A stretch of 64,000 nucleotides of DNA from Candidatus Omnitrophota bacterium (GTDB lineage Bacteria; Omnitrophota; Gorgyraeia; Zapsychrales; Zapsychraceae): contig JAGVNC010000028.1 of NCBI GenBank assembly GCA_020053475.1, forward strand, positions 551 through 64,550, written 5' to 3'. How positions within the stretch are numbered: the stretch's first letter is position 1; each line of letters starts with the position of its first letter. Of this stretch, positions 62,189 through 64,000 are shown piece by piece. Below the pieces are notes generated by a model. The model saw nothing but the letters and a program-made list of their open reading frames with translations. It made no database searches and was not told the DNA's origin. A program made the translations under genes and the position numbers.

Positions 62189-62518
62189 ATGTTGAGGCTT
62201 TTGAATAAACGAAGAAAAAAAGGGCAAAGTACGCTGGAATATGCCATTCTGATTATTATCATCCTCGGTGCGCTGATGTCCATCCAGATATATATCAAAC
62301 GCGGGATTCAAGGAAGACTGAAAAGCGCGACAGATGATATCGGGGACCAGTTCTCTCCGGGGAATACCAATGTAGTGAAAATTATGCACACCGTCAGTAA
62401 TTCTGTCGATACGTTTGCGTTCGGTAAATCCAAATCCACATTAACAGGTAAGGGGGAAATAACGACCGAACAAATGAATTCTGACATCATGATTGTTAAT
62501 CAGGAATTCTGGCAATAA
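62189..62518 (+). CDS. Flp/TadE-like pilin 4
   Basis: KKG/QSTLEY; YIKRGIQGR; IGDQFSP. Confidence 0.9.
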   Translation: MLRLLNKRRKKGQSTLEYAILIIIILGALMSIQIYIKRGIQGRLKSATDDIGDQFSPGNTNVVKIMHTVSNSVDTFAFGKSKSTLTGKGEITTEQMNSDIMIVNQEFWQ

Positions 62519-62538
62519 GCCCGGCTTTTGATGACAAG

Positions 62539-62588
62539 ATATGGCTTGCTTGGGAGAGAGGTTCTTTTCGGGCAGGCCATATTTTTTT
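62539..62588 (+). terminator. Intrinsic terminator inside the pilin array
   Basis: ATATGGCTTGCTTGGGAGAG...CTTTTCGGGCAGGCCATAT-TTTTTT. Confidence 0.75.
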
Positions 62589-62655
62589 AGCGGGCTCGCA
62601 TTCGCAAGAACGTTAGAACGTTATCATGAGAATGCGGGTTTAATCTTTCTTCATT

Positions 62656-63036
62656 ATGTTAAAGCTTCTAACAAATAGACGCGCTCAGGCTATGATGGGC
62701 GAATATGTCCTTGTTTTTGTGATTGTTTTAAGCGTCATGGGGGCGATGACGGTTTATTTCAAACGCGCCATCCAGGCCCGCATGTACGACGCCCGTAACG
62801 CAATGGTCGGGACCGTCTATGAACGGACGAACGAGATCAATTATGTGGGGGAAATCGGGGTCGCGTACGAGCCTTATTACACCAACACCACGTCATCTGT
62901 GCAGAGGACATCAGAATCAGAAACAAGGTTGAAGCCTGGGCTGACGACGGGGATTTTTAGTAAAACAATTAACGAAACGACAGCTGTTCAGACAGAAAGC
63001 ACGACCGCTCCGCCTAAAGATGTGGACTTGTTTTAA
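62656..63036 (+). CDS. Flp/TadE-like pilin 5
   Basis: RRA/QAMMGEY; YFKRAIQAR; YEPYY. Confidence 0.88.
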   Translation: MLKLLTNRRAQAMMGEYVLVFVIVLSVMGAMTVYFKRAIQARMYDARNAMVGTVYERTNEINYVGEIGVAYEPYYTNTTSSVQRTSESETRLKPGLTTGIFSKTINETTAVQTESTTAPPKDVDLF

Positions 63037-63037
63037 T

Positions 63038-63391
63038 ATGTTGAGAAAAAGATCATTTCGCCATCAGAGGAAGACACAAAACGCCCAATCCATGCTTGAA
63101 TATGTCATTGTCATTGGCGTTATCGTCACGGTTCTGTTCACGATGAACCCTTTGCTGAAGCGCAGCATCCAAGGGCTTATTAAATTCGTCGCGGACCAAG
63201 TTGGTAATCAAGAGAACGCGGAACAAGATTTCGATGAGATGGGGCATTTACAATCTCAACATGTCAAAACGCAGGCGGACATTCATCGGACAGAAATTGA
63301 TTTTTTGCGCGTGATGAATTATATTTCCGATGAAGTGGTTGTTTCGGAAAGTAACACGCAGATTAATGCGGGATTTACTCAGACCGATTAA
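63038..63391 (+). CDS. Flp/TadE-like pilin 6
   Basis: NA/QSMLEY; LKRSIQG; DQVGNQ. Confidence 0.88.
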   Translation: MLRKRSFRHQRKTQNAQSMLEYVIVIGVIVTVLFTMNPLLKRSIQGLIKFVADQVGNQENAEQDFDEMGHLQSQHVKTQADIHRTEIDFLRVMNYISDEVVVSESNTQINAGFTQTD

Positions 63392-63434
63392 ATGGTTAAA
63401 ATTTGCTGTGGCATGGATGATAGGGAGACTTAGC

Positions 63435-63758
63435 ATGAAACTGATTGGCCGCAAAAAACGAAGAGGGCAAAGCGTCATCGAATACGTCATTCTGATCACT
63501 ATCTTATTGGGTGCTTTCTTGGCCATTGGAACTTATTTTAAGCGCGGCGTTCAGGGGCGCTGGAAAGAGGCTGTCGACGGATTCGGTGATCAATACGATC
63601 CCCGCGCTGCCGACACGAACATTAAACACAGCATTTTGTCAAATACCAATACGACGATTTTGGCGATGAATAGTGTCGGCGGCTTCTGGACATCGCGCAC
63701 TGATGAATCAAAAACGACTGAAAAAAGGACGGGATATATGTCGTCGGGAGCGTATTGA
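63435..63758 (+). CDS. Flp/TadE-like pilin 7
   Basis: RRG/QSVIEY; YFKRGVQGR; FGDQYDP. Confidence 0.88.
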   Translation: MKLIGRKKRRGQSVIEYVILITILLGAFLAIGTYFKRGVQGRWKEAVDGFGDQYDPRAADTNIKHSILSNTNTTILAMNSVGGFWTSRTDESKTTEKRTGYMSSGAY

Positions 63759-63760
63759 TT

Positions 63761-63873
63761 GAGGTTACAGAAGGTTACGAGAGGGTACGGGATGTTTCGT
63801 AAAGCCATCAGCCCTCACGCAACTTCATGTAACATTACGCAACCTTCCGCAACATCATGTACCCCGCGTAACG
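63761..63873. repeat. Inverted arrays of degenerate 10-bp repeats
   Basis: gaggttacag aaggttacga gagggtacgg gatgtttcgt ... cacgcaactt catgtaacat tacgcaacct tccgcaacat catgtacccc. Confidence 0.75.
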
Positions 63874-63880
63874 TTTAAAT

Positions 63881-64000
63881 ATGTCTTTTTTTAAACAACA
63901 TAAGTTCGCTTCTACCCGCGCCCAAACCGCCATCGAATTGGCGATTTTTGGCGCCATTTTAATCTTTGTGGTCGGTCTTATTGTGAATTCAGCCATGAAC
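63881..64000 (+). CDS. TadE-like prepilin 8 (runs off window)
   Basis: MSFFKQHKFASTRA/QTAIELAIFGAILIFVVGLIV... Confidence 0.8.
   Translation, partial: MSFFKQHKFASTRAQTAIELAIFGAILIFVVGLIVNSAMN

Noticed and set aside
61257-63758. Pilin array as silent cassettes for antigenic variation or a DGR target
   Set aside because: Each copy has its own start and leader. There are no long nucleotide-identical repeats, invertase or reverse transcriptase in the window.

Overview
Chromosomal origin region of a diderm bacterium. Gene content and style suggest an Omnitrophota/PVC-like lineage, which is an inference. Genes run on the minus strand up to about 36.5 kb and on the plus strand after it, switching at rpmH/dnaA, where DnaA boxes, two parS sites and a B. 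subtilis-like unwinding module lie. The left arm has a nitrogen-assimilation locus (type III glnA, glnK, amtB, an unannotated 43-aa membrane peptide) next to a GAF-GAF-ANTAR protein, with ANTAR-type hairpin/terminator leaders in front of both operons. It also carries nqrA-F with an NqrM-like gene, an atypical thiolase with sucCD, housekeeping genes, 6S RNA and three tRNAs. The right arm has dnaA-dnaN-dciA-gyrB-gyrA and an inverted-repeat-flanked GIY-YIG gene. A decayed 3.4-kb islet in tRNA-Glu carries a DUF488 gene pair. The arm ends in an unusual Tad/Flp pilus locus: a secretin-TonB_C fusion, a CpaE-CpaF fusion, a transposase-like HTH protein, and at least eight tandem pilins behind an unrecognised terminator/antiterminator leader. 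All calls come from reading the sequence by eye; no searches were run.
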